NCBI GenBank assembly: GCA_033791245.1
Contig: JASJHC010000403.1
Span: 1-35,284, forward strand
Origin: Acidimicrobiia bacterium
GTDB taxonomy: Bacteria > Actinomycetota > Acidimicrobiia > Spongiisociales > UBA5794
Reading direction: 5' to 3'
DNA length: 35,284 bases
Shown: one piece after another, positions 8,051 to 16,092 of the stretch
Layout of the letters: each line of letters starts with the position of its first letter
Numbering within the stretch: the first letter of the stretch is position 1
The notes under the pieces: model-generated
What the model was told of the DNA's origin: nothing
Databases searched by the model: none
What the model saw: the letters and a program-made list of their open reading frames with translations, nothing else
Program-made: the position numbers and the translations under genes

Positions 8051-9352
8051 CTAGGGCTGGAAAGTGACCTCAAAAACTTGGGTGAAGTACTCGCCGGGGG
8101 CCTGCTCGGGGATGTCGGTGAACCACAGGAGCCAGAAACCACCGTCACGACCTGGTAGCTGCAGGCTGACCGGAGCGTCAAAAACCGTTCCGGAGCCTAT
8201 GGGTTCCCACTCGGCAAACGACGTCGGAACCGTCTCAGCCCACAAGACAGAGTACGAACTATTGGGTGAGGCGCGCAGCTCCATCATCCCCGGGGCGCCA
8301 CTGACGCGGAACGTTATGCCGACCCCATCCTTGAGTAGCGGCAACGGATCGAAATATCGCTCTGTCCTCCACGACGTCCCGAAGTCCCCATCGGTCAACA
8401 GCGGAAGATCTCGTTCTCGCTCGCTTTGGTCCCCGAACGGGTCATAGACCGCAGCCTCTGCCGCGAGAACGCCCGGCGCCGCCTCGGGAAGCGTCGTCTC
8501 TGTTGGCAAGGACGTTGTAGTTGTCACGATCCTGGCCACAGGTGGCGTTGCCGGAAACAGAAAGGGCGAGTCGGGGTCGACGTCGATGACGAGACCGATG
8601 ATCGCGATGACTATTGCACTGACCAGCAGCATGCCTGCGGGTATCAGCCATCTCCATGACCACCCGGCGCGGCGCGGCGGTGGTAGCGAAGAGGGAATGG
8701 CCCGCAGCGCGGTCCCGAGAGCCTTGGCGTCGTAGTCGCCGGATTCAGCGCGTCGGATGGCATCGTCTACCGACGGCGGAAGTCCCTCAACGAGATGGGA
8801 GGGGCGTATGGCAGGGCTGGCAGAGCCCGTTACCGCGATACGGAGTGCCCTCGCTAGGGCCGCAGTGTCCTCGCTTGGCTGATGAGAGCGTCGCTTTCGT
8901 CCATAGGAGCTGAGCTTGGCGGGATGCGCAGCCGAGAAGACGATCGCTCCTGAGTCAATTGAGCCATGGGTGACGCCCGCCGCATGCAGGGCCGCAAGAC
9001 CTTCAGCTAGTCCTGCGGCGTTGGGCAAGAACTCTGAAACGGGGAGAGTTTCCCCTGCCGCCAGCCGGTCGGCGATAGAGACCCCGCCGTTCCACTCGAT
9101 GGCGGCGTGGGCTCCTCCCGAAGGGGACTTGGCGACCTCGTAGACGCCGGCAAGGTGAACATGCTCGACCGTTGCGGCAGCACGAGTTGCTGCGATGAAT
9201 TCAGCCAGGCGCGCCGGGGAGGCGTCGGCGTCGAGTACCCGAACCAGGATGGGGCGGTCGAGTGCGGTATCAGTGGCAAGCCACTCATCGATGTCGCCAT
9301 CGCGCCCAAGTCTTACTTGAGTTTCATATCGGTCGGGGAGTTGTGGTGCCAC
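8051..9352 (-). CDS. Stand-alone MviN/MurJ-associated-type pseudokinase: degenerate Ser/Thr kinase fold, one TM, extracellular beta-sandwich-like domain
   Basis: It is kinase-like but lacks the catalytic motifs: LVRVL replaces VAIK, THGSID replaces HRDLKP, and there is no DFG. It has one TM helix (WLIPAGMLLVSAIVIAIIGLVI). The C-terminal domain has the DGD..TSWRTE.Y signature seen in the mycobacterial MviN ectodomain. Confidence 0.75.
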   Translation of the reverse strand: MAPQLPDRYETQVRLGRDGDIDEWLATDTALDRPILVRVLDADASPARLAEFIAATRAAATVEHVHLAGVYEVAKSPSGGAHAAIEWNGGVSIADRLAAGETLPVSEFLPNAAGLAEGLAALHAAGVTHGSIDSGAIVFSAAHPAKLSSYGRKRRSHQPSEDTAALARALRIAVTGSASPAIRPSHLVEGLPPSVDDAIRRAESGDYDAKALGTALRAIPSSLPPPRRAGWSWRWLIPAGMLLVSAIVIAIIGLVIDVDPDSPFLFPATPPVARIVTTTTSLPTETTLPEAAPGVLAAEAAVYDPFGDQSERERDLPLLTDGDFGTSWRTERYFDPLPLLKDGVGITFRVSGAPGMMELRASPNSSYSVLWAETVPTSFAEWEPIGSGTVFDAPVSLQLPGRDGGFWLLWFTDIPEQAPGEYFTQVFEVTFQP

Positions 9353-9394
9353 TTGGGTCCAGAGGTTAATTCAATGTGGCGGCTGTCTACGGGC

Positions 9395-10132
9395 TCAACC
9401 TTTTATCTGCAGCAGGGTTAGAGGTTCGGGCAGCGTGACAAATCCTTCGTCTTCGTAAAGGCGGATAGCAGAGACGTTGTCCATTTGGGTGTTGAGGAGA
9501 AGGACTTTGGCTCCCGAGGCCCGCGCCTTACGCGCAACAACACGAATGAGCGACCGTCCCATACCGTGACCCTGCCAGTCGGGGTGGACGGCAACCCGCT
9601 GCAGGTAGGCAATCGCGCTACCAAACCCGACAACGGCATATGCAATGGGGATTCCCTCGTTGCCCAATATGGTGAGAGTGGTTGATCGAGTTGTGGCTGA
9701 GATGGCTTCCACGAGGCCGCCTCGGTTGAATCGCCAAAACTCTGGAAAAGCGGCCGCATCGATGTCCAGCAGGTCATCGATGTCGATGTCGTTCTTCTCG
9801 ACTACGAGGTGATCTGGGTGACCCTCCGTTAGGTCTAACGATTTGCGCATGAGGGCCAGGTCCACGTAGCTCTGAAAGCCGGCCTGCAGCCAGGCACGCT
9901 GCGCCGAAAGAGTTAACGGGGGCGAGATGACACCCGTTGCGCCAAGACTGAGCAGACGCGTTGCGCACACTTCAAGGAAGGAAGAGCCCCCTCGCAACAA
10001 ACGCAAGGCAGCTTGGGGTTCGTGGTCGTTCCAGGGGCGGGCTTCTGCCCGCGCCCATCCGCGTCGCAGGGTGAGCCGGCCTGGCCATTCCCCTCGCTGA
10101 CTCACGTTGATGGGCTGGTCGGTTAGCGCCAT
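9395..10132 (-). CDS. GNAT-family N-acetyltransferase with an N-terminal extension
   Basis: It has acetyl-CoA motif A, LQRVAVHPDWQGHGMGRSLI, followed by NVSAIRLYEDEGF. Confidence 0.8.
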   Translation of the reverse strand: MALTDQPINVSQRGEWPGRLTLRRGWARAEARPWNDHEPQAALRLLRGGSSFLEVCATRLLSLGATGVISPPLTLSAQRAWLQAGFQSYVDLALMRKSLDLTEGHPDHLVVEKNDIDIDDLLDIDAAAFPEFWRFNRGGLVEAISATTRSTTLTILGNEGIPIAYAVVGFGSAIAYLQRVAVHPDWQGHGMGRSLIRVVARKARASGAKVLLLNTQMDNVSAIRLYEDEGFVTLPEPLTLLQIKG

Positions 10133-10359
10133 CCGAATCGAATCCTGGTCGGTGTCACAGCGAACCCACCTCTGGCGGTCTCCGCTGGCCCGCGCTGTCG
10201 GCGGTTCGTCTCACACGTTAATAGCGTGTCGCCACACCCAAGCCGCCGACCCAGAAATTGTCATTACTAGTGGTTCAAGTGTCCCCCGGGATCAACCGAT
10301 ATGGAGAATGAAACCACGCAGAGTGGCAGTGTCTGCCACCAGAAGTCACCGGGGATACG

Positions 10360-11448
10360 ATGGAACAACTACCGAATCTTGAGGCCCTTCTCGGCAAACT
10401 TGCCGAGATCGGCGCATCCGACCTACATCTCAAGGTTGGGTCGCCGCCTGCCTACCGGATTGATGGTCACCTGCATTTCTCGGAGCTACCCAAAGTGAAG
10501 CCCGACGACACCCAACAGTTCTCCCAGGAGCTGATGCAAGAGAAGAACCAGGATCTGTTCGAGCAGGATGGAGAGGTCGACTTCGGCTACGGGACCCCCA
10601 TACTTGGCCGCTTCCGTATCAACATTTATCGCCAGCGGGGTTCGATCGCACTCGTGGTTCGTGCAGTCGTTGCTGGCAGCAAAGGTTTTGTTGAACTGGG
10701 ACTCCCCGAAGCCGTTGGTCGTGCCTGCAAGGAAGACCGCGGCTTGGTCATCGTCACCGGTGCCTCCGGCTCCGGTAAGACCACCAGCCTCAACGCAATG
10801 CTCGATGAGATCAACTCGACACGTCGGGTGAGCGTGGTGACGCTCGAGGATCCAATCGAGATGCTCCATCGCGACAAGATGGCCATTGTCAGCCAACGTG
10901 AAGTTGGGGTGGACACAGTGAACTTTCCCGATGGCCTGCGCCGGATTCTTCGTCAGGATCCCAATGTCATCATGGTGAGCGAACTGCGCGATGCCGAGAC
11001 TATCGAGGCTGCCCTGTACGCCGCGGAGACCGGGCATCTAGTGCTGGCGGCGATGTACACGAACGACGCAACAGAGACCGTTAACCGTCTCGTCGAGGTC
11101 TTCGAGCCACATCGTCATCACCAGATGAGGCTCCGTATCGGCCGCAACATGAAGGCGATCATCAGCCAACGGCTTGTTTCCTCGGCGGATAGCTCGGGTC
11201 GGATTCCCGCAGTCGAGGTGTTGACCGAGACGGACCGCACATTCGACTACATCATGGATCCTGAGCTCACCACAAGGCTGGAAGAGGTCATGACCGAAGG
11301 CGCCTACTACGGGATGAAGACCTTCGATCAGTGTCTTCTCGCTATGTTCCGTGACGGTGTGATCACGTTTGAAGAAGCTCTCAACAACGCATCTCATACG
11401 AATGATTTCAGGATGGCGGCGCAGAAGACAGGTCTGCGCACAGCTTGA
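10360..11448 (+). CDS. pilT: PilT/PilU-family type IV pilus retraction-type ATPase (orphan)
   Basis: The N-terminus reads GASDLHLKVGSPPAYRIDG, Walker A is GASGSGKTTSLNAM, the Asp/Walker B region is PNVIMVSELRD, and the His-box region is ETGHLVLAAMYTNDA. Length is 362 aa. Confidence 0.85.
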   Translation: MEQLPNLEALLGKLAEIGASDLHLKVGSPPAYRIDGHLHFSELPKVKPDDTQQFSQELMQEKNQDLFEQDGEVDFGYGTPILGRFRINIYRQRGSIALVVRAVVAGSKGFVELGLPEAVGRACKEDRGLVIVTGASGSGKTTSLNAMLDEINSTRRVSVVTLEDPIEMLHRDKMAIVSQREVGVDTVNFPDGLRRILRQDPNVIMVSELRDAETIEAALYAAETGHLVLAAMYTNDATETVNRLVEVFEPHRHHQMRLRIGRNMKAIISQRLVSSADSSGRIPAVEVLTETDRTFDYIMDPELTTRLEEVMTEGAYYGMKTFDQCLLAMFRDGVITFEEALNNASHTNDFRMAAQKTGLRTA

Positions 11449-11543
11449 CAGAACTGTCCGGATCTAGGACTCAGCAGAAAGCCAAGGCAGGGTTTTCCGA
11501 GTCTTAGGTCCGGCGGCTTTCTCCAGGGCATTACGCTCTGGCT

Positions 11544-12146
11544 ATGCCCGATTTTAACTGCCGCGACTGCGGCGCAACTTTCTCCCTAGCTCAAAATGTG
11601 CTGGACAGGTACCCAGGTTGGACCCCGCGCCAATGCCGTGACTGTCGCGGGGCCAAGACAGGAGCCGGAAATAGCGGCTCGGGGAGGGCCAAGACCGCCA
11701 GAGACGTCTCGGCAGATCCGGCAACCGGCATATTCACCGACGGAAGCTCAGTCCCTAATCCTGGGCCAGGGGGATGGGGTGTGGTCTACGTTGTCGACAA
11801 CGAGATCATCGCCGAACGGCATGGACACGATCCCGATACGACCAATAACCGTATGGAACTCACGGCTCTTTTGGAGGCGCTGCAGCTGATTCCCGAAGGT
11901 ACCGCAATGACCATCTACTCGGATTCGAGTCTGGCGATCCGGACTATCACCGAGTGGGCAGCCGGTTGGGAGCAGCGCGGCTGGAAGCGTAAGTCGGGCC
12001 CTGTAGAGAACCTCGACCTGGTCAAGCAAGTTTACGCCGGCTACCGGAAGCGTCCGGAGCTCGAGTTGAGGTGGATAAAGGCCCATGTTGGGTTCCGCTG
12101 GAACGAGTACGCAGATCAGCTGGCGTCCAAGTGGAGGGACTCATGA
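11544..12146 (+). CDS. rnhA: Ribonuclease HI fused to an N-terminal CxxC...CxxC zinc-ribbon-like segment
   Basis: The N-terminus has CRDCG...CRDCRG. The RNase H DEDD residues lie in FTDGSS, NNRMELTAL, IYSDSS and NEYADQLA. Confidence 0.85.
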   Translation: MPDFNCRDCGATFSLAQNVLDRYPGWTPRQCRDCRGAKTGAGNSGSGRAKTARDVSADPATGIFTDGSSVPNPGPGGWGVVYVVDNEIIAERHGHDPDTTNNRMELTALLEALQLIPEGTAMTIYSDSSLAIRTITEWAAGWEQRGWKRKSGPVENLDLVKQVYAGYRKRPELELRWIKAHVGFRWNEYADQLASKWRDS

Positions 12147-13534
12147 TTCCGAAACGTCTTGATCCGATTCTTGCAGCCGATTCTCCGACCCGGCAGTTGG
12201 GGAAGATATTTGAGGCGGCCGGCCACGAGCTCTACCTGGTTGGGGGGAGTGTGCGGGATGCTTTCCTCGATGCTCCTACGAAGGATCTCGACTTTGCCAC
12301 TGATGCCCGACCCGACCGGGTTCTCGAACTTCTAGATGGGTGGGCCGACAGCATCTTTCGCATCGGCGAGGAGTTCGGGACCATCGGTGCGATCAAGCAC
12401 GGTGAGGACTATGAAATAACTACCTTCCGCAGCGACGTCTACCACGAGGACAGCAGGAAGCCTCGTGTCGAGTTCTCTGACGACATTGAGACAGATCTGT
12501 CTCGGCGGGATTTCACTGTCAACGCCATGGCCATCTTGGTTTCGGGAGCTGCTGAACCGCAGATGATTGACCCATTCCACGGGCTTGCCGACCTCGCCAG
12601 CCGAGTGTTGCGCACACCAATTGATCCGCAGGTTTCATTTGCTGATGATCCTCTGCGGATGCTGCGCCTGTACCGGTTTGTTGCCAGTCTCGGATTTACG
12701 CCGGACGCAGCGGCTGAGGCTGCTGTCGCCGAGATGAGGGATCGCTTGTCGATCGTCTCGGCTGAGAGAATTCGCGATGAGTTGAGCAGATTGTTGGTTG
12801 GCGACTACGTCGCTGACGGTCTGTGGGGGCTGGTCCACAGCCGCCTCGCTGAGGAGTTCGTTCCCGAACTGGCTGCGCTCGAACTCGAACAGGACCCAAT
12901 GCATCATCACAAGGATGTGTTGGCCCACACCATCGCTGTTGTTGCGAAGACGTCGCCAAATGAGACGCTGCGACTTGCGGCTCTCTTTCACGACGTTGGT
13001 AAGCCGGCGACGCGAGAGTTTGGTGCCAACGGTGTTTCCTTCCATCACCACGAGGTGGTTGGGGCCAGGATGGCGCGAGAAAGAATGCGTGGCCTTCGCT
13101 ATCCCAAGGACAGGGTCAAGGATGTCTCGCAGCTTGTCTTCCTGCACATGCGACCGCACACGTTCAAGATGGGCTGGACTGACTCCGCGGTGCGGCGTTA
13201 CGTGCGCGACGCAGGGGAGTTACTGCCTCTTCTCAACGAGTTGGTTCGCTGCGATGTGACCACACGGAGCCGGAAGAGGGCCAATGCGATCTCACGTGGG
13301 ATTGACCGGTTGGAGGAGAGGATCGATACCCTTCGCCAGCAAGAAGAACTTGACTCATTGCGACCCCCCATTGACGGCAATGATGTCATGAAGCATCTCG
13401 GACTCTCTCCTGGCCGTGAGGTAGGCGTGGCGATGAAGATGCTCACCGAACACCGAATCGACCACGGGCCCTTCGATGTGGACGAGGCCTTTCGATTACT
13501 TGACAGTTGGTGGAACGAGCGCGGCGGCTCGTGA
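12143..13534 (+). CDS. cca: CCA-adding enzyme / tRNA nucleotidyltransferase with HD domain
   Basis: ATG 12143 overlaps the rnhA stop (ATGA). It has the PolyA_pol head motif LYLVGGSVRDAFLD..KDLDFAT and RRDFTVNAMA, plus the HD region HHKDVLAHT...LFHDVGKP. Confidence 0.9.
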   Translation: MIPKRLDPILAADSPTRQLGKIFEAAGHELYLVGGSVRDAFLDAPTKDLDFATDARPDRVLELLDGWADSIFRIGEEFGTIGAIKHGEDYEITTFRSDVYHEDSRKPRVEFSDDIETDLSRRDFTVNAMAILVSGAAEPQMIDPFHGLADLASRVLRTPIDPQVSFADDPLRMLRLYRFVASLGFTPDAAAEAAVAEMRDRLSIVSAERIRDELSRLLVGDYVADGLWGLVHSRLAEEFVPELAALELEQDPMHHHKDVLAHTIAVVAKTSPNETLRLAALFHDVGKPATREFGANGVSFHHHEVVGARMARERMRGLRYPKDRVKDVSQLVFLHMRPHTFKMGWTDSAVRRYVRDAGELLPLLNELVRCDVTTRSRKRANAISRGIDRLEERIDTLRQQEELDSLRPPIDGNDVMKHLGLSPGREVGVAMKMLTEHRIDHGPFDVDEAFRLLDSWWNERGGS

Positions 13535-13691
13535 CCAGGTTGTCGTCGGGGGGATAGCGCCGCCGCGGCGGCTCGTGACCAGGTTGTAGTGGTTCTAGAC
13601 GTTGTCCTCGGGCGGGGCGGCAACCGCCGCGGCGGTGCCTGACCGACTTGTCCTGGTTCTAGACGTTGTCCTCGGGCGGGGCGGCACCGCC
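13521..13691. repeat. Three tandem copies (44, 64 and 63 bp) of a GC-rich unit spanning the convergent 3' ends of cca and the downstream minus-strand gene
   Basis: The units begin GCGGCGGCTCGTGACCAGGTTGT at 13521 and 13565, with a diverged copy at 13629. GGTTCTAGACGTTGTCCTCGGGCGGGGCGGCA occurs at 13591 and 13655. The junctions contain the palindrome CCGCCGCGGCGG. Confidence 0.85.
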
Positions 13692-14423
13692 GTTACTCGA
13701 CATGCCGAGGACGCCGATGACGACTAGCCCCATTGCGCCGAGCAGCGCCAGCATGAAGCCGAGACCAAGATGGGCTGCCCTTGCATAGAAGTACATGACG
13801 ACGAACGTGACTGCGCCTGCCGCGATTGCTACCGCAGATCCGGTGATCCGATTGCTATCGAAGTAGGCGAGATACAGTCCGAAGAGTCCGCCGAGGGCAC
13901 CAAAGCCGGCGAGTAGTCGCCCGAGGGGAAAGCTGCCTGGATCCATCAGCCGGAACGGTCCCCAGTTGAGGGCTGCCCCGACCAGGATGAGTACCGCGGC
14001 CGCCGCCATCCCTATCGCGAGGAGGTTGTGGAGCTTTGAATCTTCGAGGTAAGCGGCGGCGGCCTTGGTCCTGAGATCACTGAATTCATCAGTGGGCGGG
14101 AGAGCCACCGGTACCGCTGCGGCAGCCGTCTTGGCTTTGGTCTTCTTCTTGTAGCGGCGTTTTTTGGGTGGTGGCGTGTCATTGACCCCGAGCAGGTCCA
14201 GGAAGAAGGCACCGTTTTCGAGGGCGAGGACAAGGGTCTCGTCATCTGCGACAAGATAGAGCTCCTCCTTGACCTTCTTGACCTGCACGTCTGCGTGTGG
14301 CCAACTGCCGATCTCTGCGTCACCGGCGCGGATTGAGACACGGTTCAGGTCAAGCGTTACTTTGGCATCGAGGGCCGCATCGGGCTCATCGAGGAGATGA
14401 ACGGTTCCATAGAAATCGTGCAT
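13659..14423 (-). CDS. Hypothetical membrane protein: soluble N-terminal domain, Lys-rich linker, four C-terminal TM helices
   Basis: I chose ATG 14423 (MHDFYGTVHLL...). It has a PPPKKRRYKKKTKAKT linker and then hydrophobic helices. I recognised no family. Confidence 0.55.
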   Translation of the reverse strand: MHDFYGTVHLLDEPDAALDAKVTLDLNRVSIRAGDAEIGSWPHADVQVKKVKEELYLVADDETLVLALENGAFFLDLLGVNDTPPPKKRRYKKKTKAKTAAAAVPVALPPTDEFSDLRTKAAAAYLEDSKLHNLLAIGMAAAAVLILVGAALNWGPFRLMDPGSFPLGRLLAGFGALGGLFGLYLAYFDSNRITGSAVAIAAGAVTFVVMYFYARAAHLGLGFMLALLGAMGLVVIGVLGMSSNGGAAPPEDNV

Positions 14424-14499
14424 GGACACCCTTACTTTCAGATCAAGTATGAGAATCGGGTGGATTGGTGCTCTCCTTGAGCACCAATCCATTTCGCCG

Positions 14500-15222
14500 T
14501 TATCTGCGCGGGACCTCTGCCCAAGGGAGGTCCTTGTCGATTCGTGGTTCTCCGGGGAGCCCGAGGACCTGCTCGCCGAGGATGTTCTTCACGATTTCCG
14601 ACGTCCCGCCTTCGATGGAATTAGCCCGGCTCCTGAGAAAGGAGCGGCAGACATCCTCAGGCCCCTCAGGGACGAGGAGCTCGTATGTGTCGTAGAGCAT
14701 GCCGGCGGCACCCAGCAGAGAGACGGCCATTTCGTAGATCTGCTTGGTCAGTTCAGCGAAGACCCCACTTGGCAATGTGGGCAACTGTGGTCCAGACCTT
14801 CTGACCGTTGACTACCCACTCGTCGCCGTCTTTGACGGCACGAGTTGCCAGCGCGGCGACGTCAGATCCGGTTCCGGGTTCCGAGAAGAGCTGATACCAG
14901 ATTTCCTCTCCGGTAAAGAGCGGCCGCAGGTAGCGGTCGAGCTGGTCCTCGTTTCCGTGTGCCAGCAGCATGGGGGCACCCATGCCATGGCCGATGATGT
15001 CAAAGAACGTGGGGCGATGGGCCGTAGCGGTGTTGAGGCGCTCGTCGACGAGGTCTTGATAGCGGTGACTCAAGCCAAGGCCACCCTGCCTTTGGAAAAG
15101 CGCACCCAGGCGAGTCCGAGGTCAAATTGTGCGCCCATGAGCTCGTCGCGATCGCCGGCGGGATCGTGTTCTGTCACAAGTTGATCGAGGAGGCTGCTGA
15201 TCAGTCTCGCTTCGTTGCTCAC
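14500..15222 (-). pseudogene. Acyl-CoA dehydrogenase remnant (one frameshift plus a large internal deletion)
   Basis: Three collinear pieces lie in three frames. The N-terminus runs 15222-15070 (VSNEARLISS...ELMGAQFDLGLAWVRFSKGR). The second piece runs about 15085-14753 (GGLGLS...FTGEEIWYQLFSEPGTGSDVAALATRAVKDGDEWVVNGQKVWTT). The C-terminus runs 14784-14500 (...SIEGGTSEIVKNILGEQVLGLPGEP). Together they give about 245 aa against about 390-400 for intact homologues. Confidence 0.8.
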
Positions 15223-15234
15223 ACGAACACAGCC

Positions 15235-16092
15235 CTAAACGACTACGAGTTCTTTGATACCAACCTTCTTGATGATGTCAGCGAGGCTCTGGAGGTGGGC
15301 CGGGTCGGCTTCGGGTATGTCAGAGAACTGGGGACGAACACCTTGTTGCCGGAATCCGATGAGCTTGATTCGCATTGCGGGGTCGACGTCGTACAACCAA
15401 CGTGCGGTGCGCTCGACGACCTCAGGGGAGTCGTTCTTGCCGGGGACCATGAGGAGGCGAACTTCGTAGAGGCGTTGCCACTCGGCCAGATGCTTGATCG
15501 ACTCGAGGACGGCGGTGTTGTCGCTCCCCGTCATCTCCATGTGCACGGCCGGATCGAGTGCCTTGAGGTCGATCATGGCCCCGTCCATAACCGGAAGGAG
15601 GCGGTCCCAGGTGTCACGACTTGCCGATCCGTTGGAGTCGATGAATGTCGTGAGGTGTCCCAGCTTGTCGGAACACTTGAGAGAGCAAAACAGGTTTGCG
15701 ACGAAATCTGTCTGCAGGGTTGGTTCTCCTCCGGAAACGGTGATGCCGGAGATGAAGTGGGAAACGTCTTCGATCTGTTTGACCAGAGTGTCGAGCTTGA
15801 CCATCTTGCTCAGTGGGGTGCTATCGGATGGGCACACGTCTATGCAAATACCGCATTCTGTACATTGATCTTCGTCGACGACTACTTGCTGGCGGCCGTC
15901 GAACCAGAGAACCATCTCGGGACAAGGTTCGACACAGATCCCGCAACTGTCGCACTCGTTGATGGTGTAAGGGTTGTGACAGGCGATGCAGTTGAAGTTG
16001 CAGCCCTGCATGAACACAACAAAACGGTTGCCCGGTCCGTCGACCGCGCTAAACCGGATTACATCATTGAGGTGCCCTTGGGCTGCTTTCAC
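15235..16092 (-). CDS. yjjW: Glycyl-radical enzyme activating protein (radical SAM, YjjW-like, with two ferredoxin-type Cys clusters)
   Basis: It has VDGPGNRFVVFMQGCNFNCIACHN (CxxxCxxC), then CDSCGICVEPCP and CTECGICIDVCP, and GITVSGGEPTLQ. The GTG start overlaps the upstream GRE gene by 29 nt. Confidence 0.85.
   Translation of the reverse strand: MKAAQGHLNDVIRFSAVDGPGNRFVVFMQGCNFNCIACHNPYTINECDSCGICVEPCPEMVLWFDGRQQVVVDEDQCTECGICIDVCPSDSTPLSKMVKLDTLVKQIEDVSHFISGITVSGGEPTLQTDFVANLFCSLKCSDKLGHLTTFIDSNGSASRDTWDRLLPVMDGAMIDLKALDPAVHMEMTGSDNTAVLESIKHLAEWQRLYEVRLLMVPGKNDSPEVVERTARWLYDVDPAMRIKLIGFRQQGVRPQFSDIPEADPAHLQSLADIIKKVGIKELVVV

Noticed and set aside
8002-8181. 60-codon N-terminal extension of the ECF sigma ORF (250-aa version)
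   Set aside because: The extension is Ser/Pro/Arg-rich and unlike any sigma region. It overlaps the 3' end of the upstream pseudokinase gene. ATG 8001 gives a canonical ~190-aa ECF sigma.
12071-12142. Upstream start for the CCA-adding enzyme
   Set aside because: It would overlap rnhA by 76 nt in another frame and add non-homologous residues. ATG 12143 forms an ATGA overlap with the rnhA stop and begins a typical N-terminus.
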